A stretch of DNA of 64,000 bases, taken from positions 480,001 to 544,000 of the forward strand of contig CBDDDZ010000004.1 of NCBI GenBank assembly GCA_965226795.1, given 5' to 3'. The stretch's first letter is position 1. Every line of letters begins with the position of its first letter. The notes beneath the pieces were generated by a model. The model saw only the letters and a program-made list of their open reading frames with translations. It was not told where the DNA came from and ran no database searches. Shown piece by piece: positions 40,543-51,209 of the stretch. The DNA comes from Candidatus Latescibacterota bacterium (lineage in GTDB: Bacteria; Latescibacterota; UBA2968; GCA-2709665). A program made the position numbers and the translations under genes.

Positions 40543-41301
40543 CTATATTTCTCTCAGCTCAGGCCATTTTATTTTCTTTTTGAATGTCGGATCGTGCAGC
40601 ATCAAACCTCCTTGTATAGCAATCTGCTCTAGGGTTAAGCCAGTTAAGATGGGTGCAATGTGCTGAATAAGATCTCCATGCATGAGTTCGAGATTCTGTT
40701 TTGCGTGTCGATCTATTGAAACCCTTGAGGAGATCCAGGTCTCTCCGTGAATCTGTTGGAGTTTCTCGGCGGTTCCCGGTGTCAGACTGAATCTTTGCTG
40801 GTTTTCGCAAATTTCACGCTGAATGACAATCCAAGGTTTTTCAGTCCGCCATCGAGGAGGCTCTCGCGACTCAAATAAGCGAATCGCCCGTTCTGCAAGG
40901 GCCTTATACTCTCTAACCTCTTGTCCCCGCAAGCCGTAAGAGATACCAAATTTGACGGCGATATCTTGCCTGGAATCGGTGAAGGGTTCCTGCTTCTCTC
41001 GAAAGTGACGTTCAATATCGTGTTCCTTTTGATGAAGGAAGTCACGAATGGGCTCTTTGTCGAGACCTTCCTTGCCAACGACATCGACAAAGCTTAGGAC
41101 AGCATTGCTTCCCGGCACTAAATCCACAGATTCGGCGATGAGTTTTCCTGGATTTTGATTGGCGATTTGGTCAACGATACTATTATCATCTTTCAAATTT
41201 TCGGGAAGGTCATGCTCTTCATGCTGGTGAAGGAAAACATTGACACCAACCTTGGCCCTCTCCCCCTTTATCCGTCGAACCCGGTGAGCGGAGAGATACA
41301 T
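40543..41301 (-). CDS. Hypothetical protein, third gene of coupled cassette
   Basis: 252 aa ORF; GGAGG RBS; start overlaps the stop of the upstream gene (TGATG). Confidence 0.7.
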   Translation of the reverse strand: MYLSAHRVRRIKGERAKVGVNVFLHQHEEHDLPENLKDDNSIVDQIANQNPGKLIAESVDLVPGSNAVLSFVDVVGKEGLDKEPIRDFLHQKEHDIERHFREKQEPFTDSRQDIAVKFGISYGLRGQEVREYKALAERAIRLFESREPPRWRTEKPWIVIQREICENQQRFSLTPGTAEKLQQIHGETWISSRVSIDRHAKQNLELMHGDLIQHIAPILTGLTLEQIAIQGGLMLHDPTFKKKIKWPELREI

Positions 41302-41711
41302 CAGGCCACCTCCCGAAGTGTACCAACCGTAGTGCTGGAATTTCCAACTCTCCAGATGTCTTTATCGGTCCAATCGCGATGTGGCAATAGAAACAAGGAT
41401 ATTCGATCTAAAAGCTCACGGAGTTCGTCTGCGATCTCTGGATGTGGATCCTGACCGAGTGCTTTGGTTACGATCTCCCTGGCCTTTTGGGGCTGGTTGC
41501 AGTCTAAAGCCAGCGTCCCAGCGCTACGGTGCAATACCGAGTAAGTTGGTTCGGTTCGCCCTTCTGCTTCTAATCTGGAGATCGCCTCAAGTTCATTTTC
41601 CAATGCCGTCTCAGACAATCCTATCGAATCTTCCGTATGGCCTTGTATTCGTGCCATAAGGGCGCGCTCCGCAAATTCCATGGCCTTATTGTGAGAATCG
41701 CCAACACTCAT
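41301..41711 (-). CDS. TPR-like helical protein
   Basis: HNKAMEFAERA..EPTYSVLHRSAGTLALDC..PEIADELRELL; ATGA overlap with the upstream gene. Confidence 0.7.
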   Translation of the reverse strand: MSVGDSHNKAMEFAERALMARIQGHTEDSIGLSETALENELEAISRLEAEGRTEPTYSVLHRSAGTLALDCNQPQKAREIVTKALGQDPHPEIADELRELLDRISLFLLPHRDWTDKDIWRVGNSSTTVGTLREVA

Positions 41712-42220
41712 CTTTCCTGAACCTCAGCAAGAGGACATCCGAACTCAACGACGATGACATAGGTTGGGAGTGACCCGTCAGATCGATCGGTTTGATTTAA
41801 CTTCTGCCGTATTCTTGCCTTCACTTCCTGGTCGTTTCCATTACGAATGCCGGATATTTCCAATCTCGCCTTGTTCTGAAACGGAATAGACTTCTCTCCC
41901 ATCCAATAATCAAAGCCAGTGCCTCTTCGAGAACGTTCGATCACTGTATAGCCGATCTCCTTCTGCGCCAGCAGAACCGCAATACCGACCGCACCGTGTT
42001 CAGTGGCTACTTCCTGGTCATTCCAACACCTGCGGGTTTGCTCAGTAACGTTCGGCCATGCCAGGGGATGGCTTTTGTTACTATATCCTCGGATGCGAAG
42101 TTTGACGCCCTGAGCGTGATTCTGTGATTCCAGGCATACGCCCGCCGCCTCTGCCAGTGCCATTCCGAAATTCGGTGTGATAGCCGGAAGGCCATGACCA
42201 AGATCGTTCAAATCCAACAT
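41708..42220 (-). CDS. Putative PD-(D/E)xK-fold nuclease
   Basis: ATEHGA helix, GTGFDY, RLEISG, YVIVVEF. Confidence 0.6.
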   Translation of the reverse strand: MLDLNDLGHGLPAITPNFGMALAEAAGVCLESQNHAQGVKLRIRGYSNKSHPLAWPNVTEQTRRCWNDQEVATEHGAVGIAVLLAQKEIGYTVIERSRRGTGFDYWMGEKSIPFQNKARLEISGIRNGNDQEVKARIRQKLNQTDRSDGSLPTYVIVVEFGCPLAEVQER

Positions 42221-42496
42221 ATATCAAAACGTCTCATTAATGCGGAAGCGGCCGTGACCTTCGATATCTTATGTTCGCTCTTCAAGTAATCCTTTGAACA
42301 GGGCATTTTTGTCGTAGTCGTCGGGACGAACGCCAATGTTAAGAGAACAAGCTCGGATGAAAGTCAGAGGAAAAAAGGTAGCCAGAAATAATCCTCGCGT
42401 CAAGAGGCGGAGTTAGGCGAACCCGCGAGTAGATGAAATCTAAATTCACTTTTCACCTTCCTCACCACGGCCAGCCGCGCCGCGCCCTGTCCCGAC

Positions 42497-43141
42497 TTAC
42501 GGTGTCACGCCGATCACAATATCAAATTTCGCCGTTAACTCACCGATTTCCGATCCGGGCAACGGCTTGAACGGAACCGACAACAGATCGTGGGAAGCGC
42601 GGCCGGACCTTCGAAATATGGAATCCCTCTCATTGTCCGGGTTGCCCTTTACGTACAGCTGCGTGGTCAGAACCCGGCGTCCCTTTTTATTAATCGCGAA
42701 ATGAATATGCGCGGTTCGGGCGCCGGTATACCTGACGGGCTTTATGGTCCGAAAACGATATTCCCCCGTGGAACCCGTTTCAAATCGCCCGAAACCCTGG
42801 AAGTTCCGATCTCGTCTGTTCCTCCGCGGGCTCTCGGTATGGATGTAGACGCCGTTACTGTCGACCTGCCAGATCTCCACTTCGGCATTTTGCACGGGCT
42901 TGCCGCTCACATCGGTAACGCGCCCGGTCAGATGTGTGATTTCTCCCACCCCCGACGTAATCGCGTCGTTGATGATCAGGAGATCGTTATCGTTATCCAG
43001 CGGCAGCCTGTCCGGATAAAAGGGACCCTCGGTCTGCCACGGCGTTCGCATGAGTTGCTCGGCAAAAGCCCCTGGCGCCACAAACGCAACGGCGCCCATT
43101 GTCGCGGCACGACAGAGAAAGCGTCTTCGATCACTTGACAT
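42497..43141 (-). CDS. Tat-exported intradiol ring-cleavage dioxygenase
   Basis: SSDRRRFL twin-arginine; TEGPFYP, VEIWQVDSNGVY, FRTIKPVRY, RTAHIH. Confidence 0.85.
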   Translation of the reverse strand: MSSDRRRFLCRAATMGAVAFVAPGAFAEQLMRTPWQTEGPFYPDRLPLDNDNDLLIINDAITSGVGEITHLTGRVTDVSGKPVQNAEVEIWQVDSNGVYIHTESPRRNRRDRNFQGFGRFETGSTGEYRFRTIKPVRYTGARTAHIHFAINKKGRRVLTTQLYVKGNPDNERDSIFRRSGRASHDLLSVPFKPLPGSEIGELTAKFDIVIGVTP

Positions 43142-43183
43142 CAGGGCCTCCCCACGGAATGAATTCCCGTCCAATTAGAGATC

Positions 43184-44276
43184 TCAATGATTGTAAATCA
43201 GGTTCAATTCGACGAAACTGTCGCGACGGGTCGTGTAGGATAAATCCGTGTTGTCAACGTCGAGAAGGGCGATCGCCTCCAGATGCACGGACCAACTGTC
43301 CGAAATGCGCCGGTTGAATTCAAAGGTTAACACGCGCGTGGTCGCGTCGAGATCGTTCATCATGCTGCCGAGCACCTCGGTACTCTGGATGTCATTGAAC
43401 GCGAAGCGAGCGGCGAGGAAGAGATCGTTCTGAAAGATATTCGTCGCGTTCCTCCCGCGTCCGTCGTAATTCCATTCTCCGATCAGGCTCAGATCGGCTG
43501 CTGATCCGAGTACGGAATAGATCGTATACTCGCCGCCCAGTGTGGAAGCAACGTAGTCCTCTTCCACGCCGCGAAGGTCCCGCGCACCGGCGCGCCCAAG
43601 CGCTTCCAGCTTGAACCAACCAGGGTCCGGCTGTCAGTTGGGCGTCCAGCCCGAACTGCCGGATCCGCTCATAATTCGGTACCAGAATCGGCCCGCCGTT
43701 TCGGTCAATGTCGGGCAACAGCAGTGGCTCCCTGTTATTGCCGTCGAATACGCTGATACCCACGTCCATGTTTCCAGAACTGCAACTGTAACGGGCGGCA
43801 AATTCCGGATGCCACCGCCCGTACGAAACCCGCTCATTGTCTACAATAAGCGGGAAATGCAAACGGCCGGAGCGCCCTGGAAAGGTGCGGGCCCGGTGGT
43901 AGGTCATTCCGAAGAGTTCCACCGCGCCCCAGTCTCCCGACCATGTGAGATGGGCCATGGGTTGGCCCAGTGAGGGTTCTTTGTACGGGTGTTCCACAAG
44001 GTCGATCTGGTTGACGATATTCACCAGGTGGCGCGATTCGGTCACGCCCCAGAATACCCTGTCGACGTAGATCCTGGGCTCGGCGACAAAACCGCTGCCG
44101 TGTGAGCGCTGGCCGGAATAGGCGCCGGTCTTGGGATACCACCGGCTTTCGACGCTCAGGCGCCCCGAAAACTCCCGCGTTTCAATCTGAGCAACAGCCC
44201 TGCCGTGAAAAACCAAGGCCAGAATCCAGGCGACGACGAGCGGCGCGCAGTGGAGAACGATACAGTTTGGCATCAA
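43184..44276 (-). pseudogene. Outer-membrane beta-barrel partner of the MMPL/LolA-like system; frameshift near 43616, probable internal deletion
   Basis: Signal peptide; VFWGVTESRHLVNIVNQ; frames join as WLFKLEALGRAG..VEEDY; C-terminal strand FVELNLIYNH. Confidence 0.75.
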
Positions 44277-45088
44277 CGTACCCGCTTCAGCCCCGTTCGT
44301 GTGAAATCCCTATCTTCGAGATCTGTGCGGAACTGATAGTCAGCCCAGGTCAGGACGGTGCTTTTGCCGGTCAGATGATTGACCATGGTCATCACGCCCG
44401 CGCGCCAGTAACGATTCAGGTATTGCTCGTAGTTCTCCAGAGTGAGCGTCTTCAGATGTGCGTTCTTGCGGTCATAGTATTCCACCTTCCAGACGCGAAG
44501 TTCGTCCCTGTCGCGCCACACCGCCTGGCGGCTGTAGCCGGATTTCCTATCCGTGGGAATACGTTCCGATACCGTGCACGTCAAATTGCCGCAAGGCTCG
44601 TCACGCAGATAGCGGTAGGTGAATTTCTCCACAGCCTGCGCGGTCATGTCTTCATAGGCGAACTCACTGCCCATGAAGGAACCGGACCGGTTCGACGAAC
44701 TGATGCGCTTGACGCGTTTTAGCGCGGGCAGATAAAGCCATTGGTCGTCCGCGCTTTCCGGGTGCGCGTGAACGAGCAATACCGTCCCCCTGACGTCGCG
44801 GGGCTCATCGAATACGAACAGGCTTTTGTCGCCGGCTCCGGGAGCCTCCAGGACTTTTACGCGAAGTTGGCGCCGGCTCTCCTGCCCATGCTTGTTGCGC
44901 AGCACCATGGCCTGCTGCGCCGTGAAATTGCCAAAGCCTTCCTCACGGGCGCTGGATTCCCGGGCGATTTTCAGGCCGGTTTCCTCCGGCGTCGCGCTCT
45001 CCGAATGAGCGGGCGCCGACGCAACGACACTGGCAAGGACGATCAACCAGGACGCCGAAAACGTCAGCATGGGGCGTGGGTAACTCAT
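44273..45088 (-). CDS. Outer membrane lipoprotein-sorting (LolA-like) protein
   Basis: FDEPRDVRGT, DDQWLYLPALKRVKRISS..SFMGSEFAYED. Confidence 0.9.
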   Translation of the reverse strand: MSYPRPMLTFSASWLIVLASVVASAPAHSESATPEETGLKIARESSAREEGFGNFTAQQAMVLRNKHGQESRRQLRVKVLEAPGAGDKSLFVFDEPRDVRGTVLLVHAHPESADDQWLYLPALKRVKRISSSNRSGSFMGSEFAYEDMTAQAVEKFTYRYLRDEPCGNLTCTVSERIPTDRKSGYSRQAVWRDRDELRVWKVEYYDRKNAHLKTLTLENYEQYLNRYWRAGVMTMVNHLTGKSTVLTWADYQFRTDLEDRDFTRTGLKRVR

Positions 45089-47376
45089 GAATTTCTCCGG
45101 TCGATGGTAATCAGTAGCGCCGGGAGGAGCAAAAAATCGGCGACCAGCGCGAAGATGATGGTGATTGTGACCAGAAGGCCCAGGGCCCAACTCACCTCAA
45201 ATCCGGACGTCTGAGAACACCAGAAAGCCTGCCGACAACACCGCCGTCGTCGTCCACAGGGCATGGCCTACGGTCCGGAAGGCGTAGTGCACGGCGTCGG
45301 GCGCAGATAGGCCCTCGCGCCGGGCTTTCAGATATTTACTCAGAAAGTGAATCGTATCGTCCACGACAATTCCGAAAACGACGGCGATGACCACCGACGA
45401 GGCAATGCCCACGTTCCCCACGAGATATCCCCATAGGCCGAAGCTCATAATTGCGGGGATGAAGTTCGGCAGCAGACTCAGGAGTCCGATGCGTACGCTC
45501 TTGAAAATCCAGATCAGAATAAACGAGATGAGCGCCATGGCCAGGATCGTACCGCGCAACATGCTATGGATATTCCGCAGCGACAGGTGGGCAAAGACGA
45601 TACTCAAGCCCGATGCCTCCTGTGCAACTGTGGGCGCGTTGGCGCGAAGCCAGACCTGCGCGCGTTCATCGAGTTCGCGCAGATCGCGAGACCATGCATT
45701 CCTGGTTGTCACGACCATGCGGGTAGCGGATTTAGCAACGTCGATGCGGTCGTTAAGGTCGCTGCCGAATGGAAGCGATAGTTCGTAGAGCAACAGGTAC
45801 TGCGCCGCGAGATCCGGATCTTCGGGCAGGCGATGGAAGGCCGGATCGTCGCCGTGCATGTTTTTGTTGAGACGTTTCATAATGTCCGAAAACACCTGGA
45901 CATGGGTCACCTCGGGTTGCTGCCTGTACCACGCGGCGAAAGCATCGACCCGGCGCAGATAGTCGGGATCGGTGATGCCGCCTTCTCGTCCCGCATCCAG
46001 CGAATATTCCAGCTTGTCAAGCCCGGTGAGATTGTCAATGATATAATCCGTATCGCGCCGGAACTCGTAACGGTCGTCGAAATACTGCGCCATGTTGTCG
46101 CTCAGCTCGATGCGGGAAACGCCCATAAACAGGAAGGCGACCACCAGGATGAGGACCACAAGCAGGGATTTGCGACGGGCGATGACGAAGTCGGCGAAAC
46201 GGTCGAGGAATTGGGTATCTCCTGGACTGCGGGCAGACACGCGCAACGGCAAAATGGACAGCAGCGCCGGCAGGAGCGTGATGGAGTACAGGAGTGCACA
46301 AAAAACACCCAACGCAACGTAATTGCCCAGGATGTGAAAGGGCGGCGAGTCCGAGGCATTCAGGCTGAGGAATCCGATCGCGGTCGTGACCGAGGTGATG
46401 AATACCGGATGGATATTGATGCGAAATGATTCTGCAATCGCCTCATTTTTATCGAGGCCGCGCCTCATTCCCAGCAGAACACTCGTGACAATGTGAATTG
46501 AATCCGCCATGGCGATCACCATGACGATAATCGGTATCCCCGCGTTGGTGGGGCTGAACACCACGCGGCTCCAGCCCGCGAGCCCCTGGTGGTATTGATG
46601 ACAAACACGAGCACAGCGACGATGGCCACCGTGCCGAGGACCGAACGCAGCAGCACAATCGTGGCGCCTATAATAATCACGAACACGATCGGTGTCAGCG
46701 TCTTCAGGTCGTCCTGCGTGGCATCGGAAAAGGTCCGGTTCATGACGACGTCGCCGGTGAGGTGGTAGGCGATGTCCGGATGGCGTTCCCGGGCTTCGTT
46801 CAGGAGCGAACGGAGATAATCGGTTATTTCATTGACGGCCTGGTCCGGATTCGCCGGCAGGACGAAGTTAACGACAACACCGGCCGTGCGTCCGTCCCGG
46901 GAAATCAGACGCCCTGCGATTTCGACGGCTTCCAGTGCGATCTTTTCAATTCGGGGCAGGTCGTCGTCCCTCAGCGACTGCGCATCCTCCACAAGCGGCG
47001 CGACGATAAGCTCATCTTCGGACGCCTCGCTGTGCGTATAGTTGGTGAGGGAGTTGACGCGGCTGGAATACGGCGCGCGCCACGCGGCGTCGGTCATATC
47101 CTCAACCGCGGCAAGCGCGTCGCTGGTGAACACCGAGCCATCTGCGGGCGCAATGGCAATCAGCGCCGCGTTGGAGGCGGAATACGTGTTCTCGAGGGCA
47201 TCAAAAGCGAGGAGTTGCGGGTTGTCTTCGTTGAACAGAATGCGGTAATCGTTTGTCACCGTAATAAAGCGAATGCCAGCCGTCATTGCCAGCATAAACA
47301 GCGTTGCGAGCGCAACGACCAGCCATCGATGGCGCAGAATATTAGCGATGCAGCGATCCAGGAGCACATGAGTCAT
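45085..47376 (-). pseudogene. MMPL/RND family transporter with frameshifts near 46586 and 45211
   Basis: IAMADSIH, TSVTTAIGFLSL, GIVVDDTIHF; C-terminal SGFEVSWALG..ADFLLLPALL in a third frame ending in ATGA overlap. Confidence 0.85.
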
Positions 47377-47411
47377 CGCCGCTCCCATCCCGAACCGGGA
47401 GCGGCGATGAC
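47372..47411 (-). promoter_or_regulatory. Perfect 15-bp hairpin covering the RBS and start codon of the MMPL gene
   Basis: GTCATCGCCGCTCCC (47372-47386) and GGGAGCGGCGATGAC (47397-47411). Confidence 0.5.
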
Positions 47412-47535
47412 CTCACCGTTTTGAACGTACGACGCTGTCGACACGGGTAACCCTGCGTCCCTTCGTTCCATCTATCCGATGAATCCCCGGCTTTCTGTTA
47501 GCAAACGGAGGCGGTCACACCACGCCGCAGGATCT

Positions 47536-48689
47536 TCACCATTTGATTGATTTGTGTGTGTGGACGTGGTTGGGCATCTTGTAACTCAGTCCTTCATCGT
47601 CGTATACCGAAATCTTGAGAAGCTGAGAGAAGTTATCCGATCTGATAACCTGTGTATTGGTGAGCATTCGATGCACGCGCTGCTTCATCCGGTACATCCA
47701 CAGTGCGCCGAATGTGGCGGTCTTTGGAAACTGGAACTGGTCGGCAAGTCGGTTTCCTATGAGCGCTCGTGAAAGACGGTAGGCCAGATCTGTCAGTTTT
47801 TCGCGTTCAACCGGATCGTTTATATCCGCAACTGACGGAATTGAATTTATCAACATATTCGCCACGCCTATCGAATCGGCGTCCGGCGGCGGCTCGACCA
47901 TATAGCCGATCTTGTAGATCTCGTCCGCCTCCTTGCTGGTCTTATAAAGGATGGTCTCAGGAATCCCCATAAGTAGCCGGCATAGCGCCACACCTTGATA
48001 ACGCTCTCTTGTTCTTCCTTGCCGAGGGCCGCGCCCACCAGCAACGAGTATTCCACCAGGCGCCTGGAAAAGACGGAGATGGCAAAACCCAAGTGCGCCG
48101 CGCTTACCGGCATGCCCCAGGCTTCGTGATTCCAATCGTCGGATTTCGCCAGCAGGTTCCTTATTCGAGTATGGACGAAGCGTATTCGCGTGGACAGCTT
48201 CCATCCGTCGCCGTGTCTCTGCATGCCGCCGGGGAAAAAGATATCCATCATGTGGCGGTTATTCTGTTGGAGGCGCCTTTTGGTCGTTGCTACGCGCCCG
48301 GTAATATTGAAAGACTTGGCAATAAGCGTGGAGAATCCTTCCACCAGCACGCCGGTAACGAAGGCCACGAGCATGAGGTTTACGTTTGCGTGGAAGGCGC
48401 GAATCCCCGGCCGAAAGTCCTCGTAGTTGAGCCAGGGAGGTTCTTCAAGACTTTCGAAGAAATCGCGCAGGGCCTGTGGCGCACTGCACAGAACCTCATC
48501 GCGCCCCTCTATCCCCGCCCCGACAAACCGGGGCAGATCGTGAGGAGGCATCGAGGAGAGCTCCTCCATAATCGGGTCCAGCACGGGATCGCCAATGGTG
48601 GTATGCCTGACGTAGTTGTCGGCCATTTCCTGGTCGTGGCGGCGCGCCTTCGCATACCCCTCAACGTACGCAGACGGTGGATGTTTCAT
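47536..48689 (-). pseudogene. MpaB/Lcp-like (DUF2236) oxygenase, frameshift near 47973
   Basis: GDPVLD, IRFVHTRIR, WGMPVS, WRYAGYL|MGIPE split by a 1-bp deletion. Confidence 0.8.
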
Positions 48690-49289
48690 CCTTCAATCTC
48701 CTTGACATTTTGGCCGACGAGTCCCCGGAATGTACTCAAGCGCATCATCGTTCGGCAGATCGAATTTCAAGACCGGCCTGGAACTTTTCGTCAAAAAAAA
48801 TAGGGTACACCAACGCCGGGAGAGTGCCGCCTGACGTTCCCCATCCACCATTCCGAACCCCTCGGAGTCCTTTTTCTCATGAACACAATCACTTTATCTA
48901 ATACTGAAGCGAATAAATATAGCCGCCGGCAACAGCAATGGCAATAGTATTCACCTGTACAGTTCGCGTCGTCTGGTCCGCTGACTGCTCATTCTTCTGA
49001 TGATCGGAATACGCCCGCAAGACAGTATTGAGTTCTTTTTTGTCCCGTATATGGAATATGAAAAACCTGGTCGAAGTCCATAGGGAATCTCCGGTTACCA
49101 GGCGAGAAAGGGATCCCGTTTCCCGAGGATGGAGATGGGCTTGAGGACATCATATACGCGACATCCCGGATGAAAAGCCCGTTTATCGCGGTCGCCTCCC
49201 TCAAGTTTCTGCTTGAGCATGACGAAGAAAAACATATATCATACAGTCCGAAGAGTTAATATTGGTCAAGTCCGGCGGACCCAATTCCA

Positions 49290-49566
49290 ACGGCTGGCCG
49301 AGGCCGATCTCATCATCGAGCATCCATCCCACATCGAGCTTGTCGAGGCCAGGTCCGCCGATACGCCTTCGTCGAGCCTGTTCGATGGCATAAACCGCGT
49401 CCGGAGGCACTTCACCGATTTACCCCTGCCATGTCCCGCGTTCGTTGCCTATGGCGGCAGTCAACACCAGCGCCGATCGCGGGGGAGTCTGATTCCATGG
49501 CGCAGCCTCCACGAAGCGACATCCCAGGTCAACCCTGCGGACGACGAGATTGGGAAAAGCCGGTGA
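49290..49566 (+). pseudogene. C-terminal remnant of an AAA+ ATPase (DUF4143-type nuclease-like tail)
   Basis: AEADLIIE..ELVEARS..VAYGG; no upstream ATPase domain. Confidence 0.5.
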
Positions 49567-50721
49567 CGGACATTACGGGTTTGCCAAATCGACAAGAGCC
49601 CTGCCACCGAAACCCTGATGGTAGTGCGAGAATCACCCACGGCGATTCCCTGCAAGACCTCGCTAAACGTGAACGACGTATCGTTGAGGTCGCTTCCCGA
49701 TGTTTCGCCATCGGCACGGTGCGTCGTACGGCGCGCCTGACAGGCGGCGTGCTCAATGAAGTGTATCTGGCGGAAACGTCGCGAGACCGTTTTGTCGTAC
49801 GAGTGAATCGCGTCAGAAGATCGATGTCCGAGATCGAACGTCTTTCGTCATTCCTCTCGTACCTGAGCCTGCGGGGGATACCCGTGGACGGGTTGGTTCC
49901 GGCGGCCGACGGGCAGGTCGCCGCGGAGATCGATGGCGAACTGCTTTCTGTACACCGATATATCCCGGGGTCGGTATACCCTTCTCCGCAGGACCTGAAA
50001 GGAACCCAGACCGCGAATATGATGACGTTTCTGGCGGACTACCATTCCGCGGCGGGAGGATATCGGATCGCCGGGAGACTCGCGGCCCGGGATGAAATGC
50101 TGCCGGTGAAGTACACCGACGATACGAACACCCTGAGAGAGCGGTTCGAGAGCCTTCCGAAAACGACCCGGGTGGGTAGAATCCATCGTCAACGGCGCCA
50201 TCGACCGGCTGGCCTCGTTCTTTGCCTCCAGGCTATACAGGGAACTCGGACGAACCTGGATCCACGGCGATTATAGATCCTGTAACGTGGCGTTCGATGG
50301 AGACAGCGTGAACGGGTTGTTCGACTGGAATTTGCTCTGCAACGGCCCCCGACTGTGGGATGTCGTGGTTGCATCAAGCGACCTGGCCGGAATGGTCGGG
50401 GGTTCCCTTTCCCGCAATCTCCAGGTCTGGAGGGAAAACTTCGCGCTTCATCTCGCAGCCTACCGGAAGGAAGCATGGCGTCATGGGGCGGACATCACCG
50501 AGCCCGAGGTCAGGTCCATTCCATACCTTGTGGTCGCTGACACAATTCTCAGCGGCGTTCTCTTTGCGTTGCACCTGAGAAAGCTGCCACTAAAACCCGG
50601 TGAATCGGCAGGCCGGCGCCGCCAACGGTCGGACAGGCTCCTGTCGGATTCTGTAGACGACCTGATTACAATTGACAGACAGATAGCCAACGGGACTGCG
50701 ATGATTTCCGTGGATACGTGA
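49563..50721 (+). pseudogene. APH/homoserine kinase type II-like phosphotransferase, frameshift near 50175
   Basis: GGVLNEVY..FVVRV in one frame; IHGDYRSCNV..LFDW..WDV in another; start uncertain. Confidence 0.7.
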
Positions 50722-50751
50722 AATGGCCGACTTTGCAGTTGCATCCTTATC

Positions 50752-51057
50752 TAATGTGTTGCCCCAGTATTAGATTGTCAAAATTCGGCCGTCGCGTCGC
50801 CCGGCTGGCATGGCGCCTGCGACCTGAGCCGCTCCCTGAGCTTGCGGTCCCTGAGCGCTCGCCCTGAGCGCTCGCCCTGAGCCTGTCGAAGGGTGTCGAA
50901 GGGTCGGCGAAGGGCGTTGAGGAGCGCTAAACAGGTTAGGAAACGCGGGCATTTCGACAAGCCGTTTCGATAGGCTAATCACAGGCAGTGCATTCGACGT
51001 AGAGAGACGGGATGAACCGCCCAAAAAATGGTGACATATTTCTGGGACGGGATACCA
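50752..51057. mobile_element. IS630-derived MITE copy 1 (degenerate ends) with expanded REP-like array
   Basis: Shares TAGATTG..AAATTCGGCCGTCG.GTCGCCCGGCT and GAGACGGGATGAACCGCC..AATGGTGACA.ATTTCTG.GACGGGA with 57206-57408. Confidence 0.75.
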
Positions 51058-51209
51058 GGCGCCATGATGCACAATCCTATGGTAACGGTCGCGACCGAAT
51101 GCATCGCTAATTCCAGTTTTCACACTTCAAAGCGTATAGATGTCAGGCTATTTCAAAGTTAAATATTGACATAGACTGATTCTGCTGAATGAGTACAGGA
51201 AAGGCAGAT

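Noticed and set aside
50820..50915. Possible CRISPR or mini-array
   Set aside because: Units are 7-13 bp with no unique spacers of constant length and no cas genes; REP-like instead
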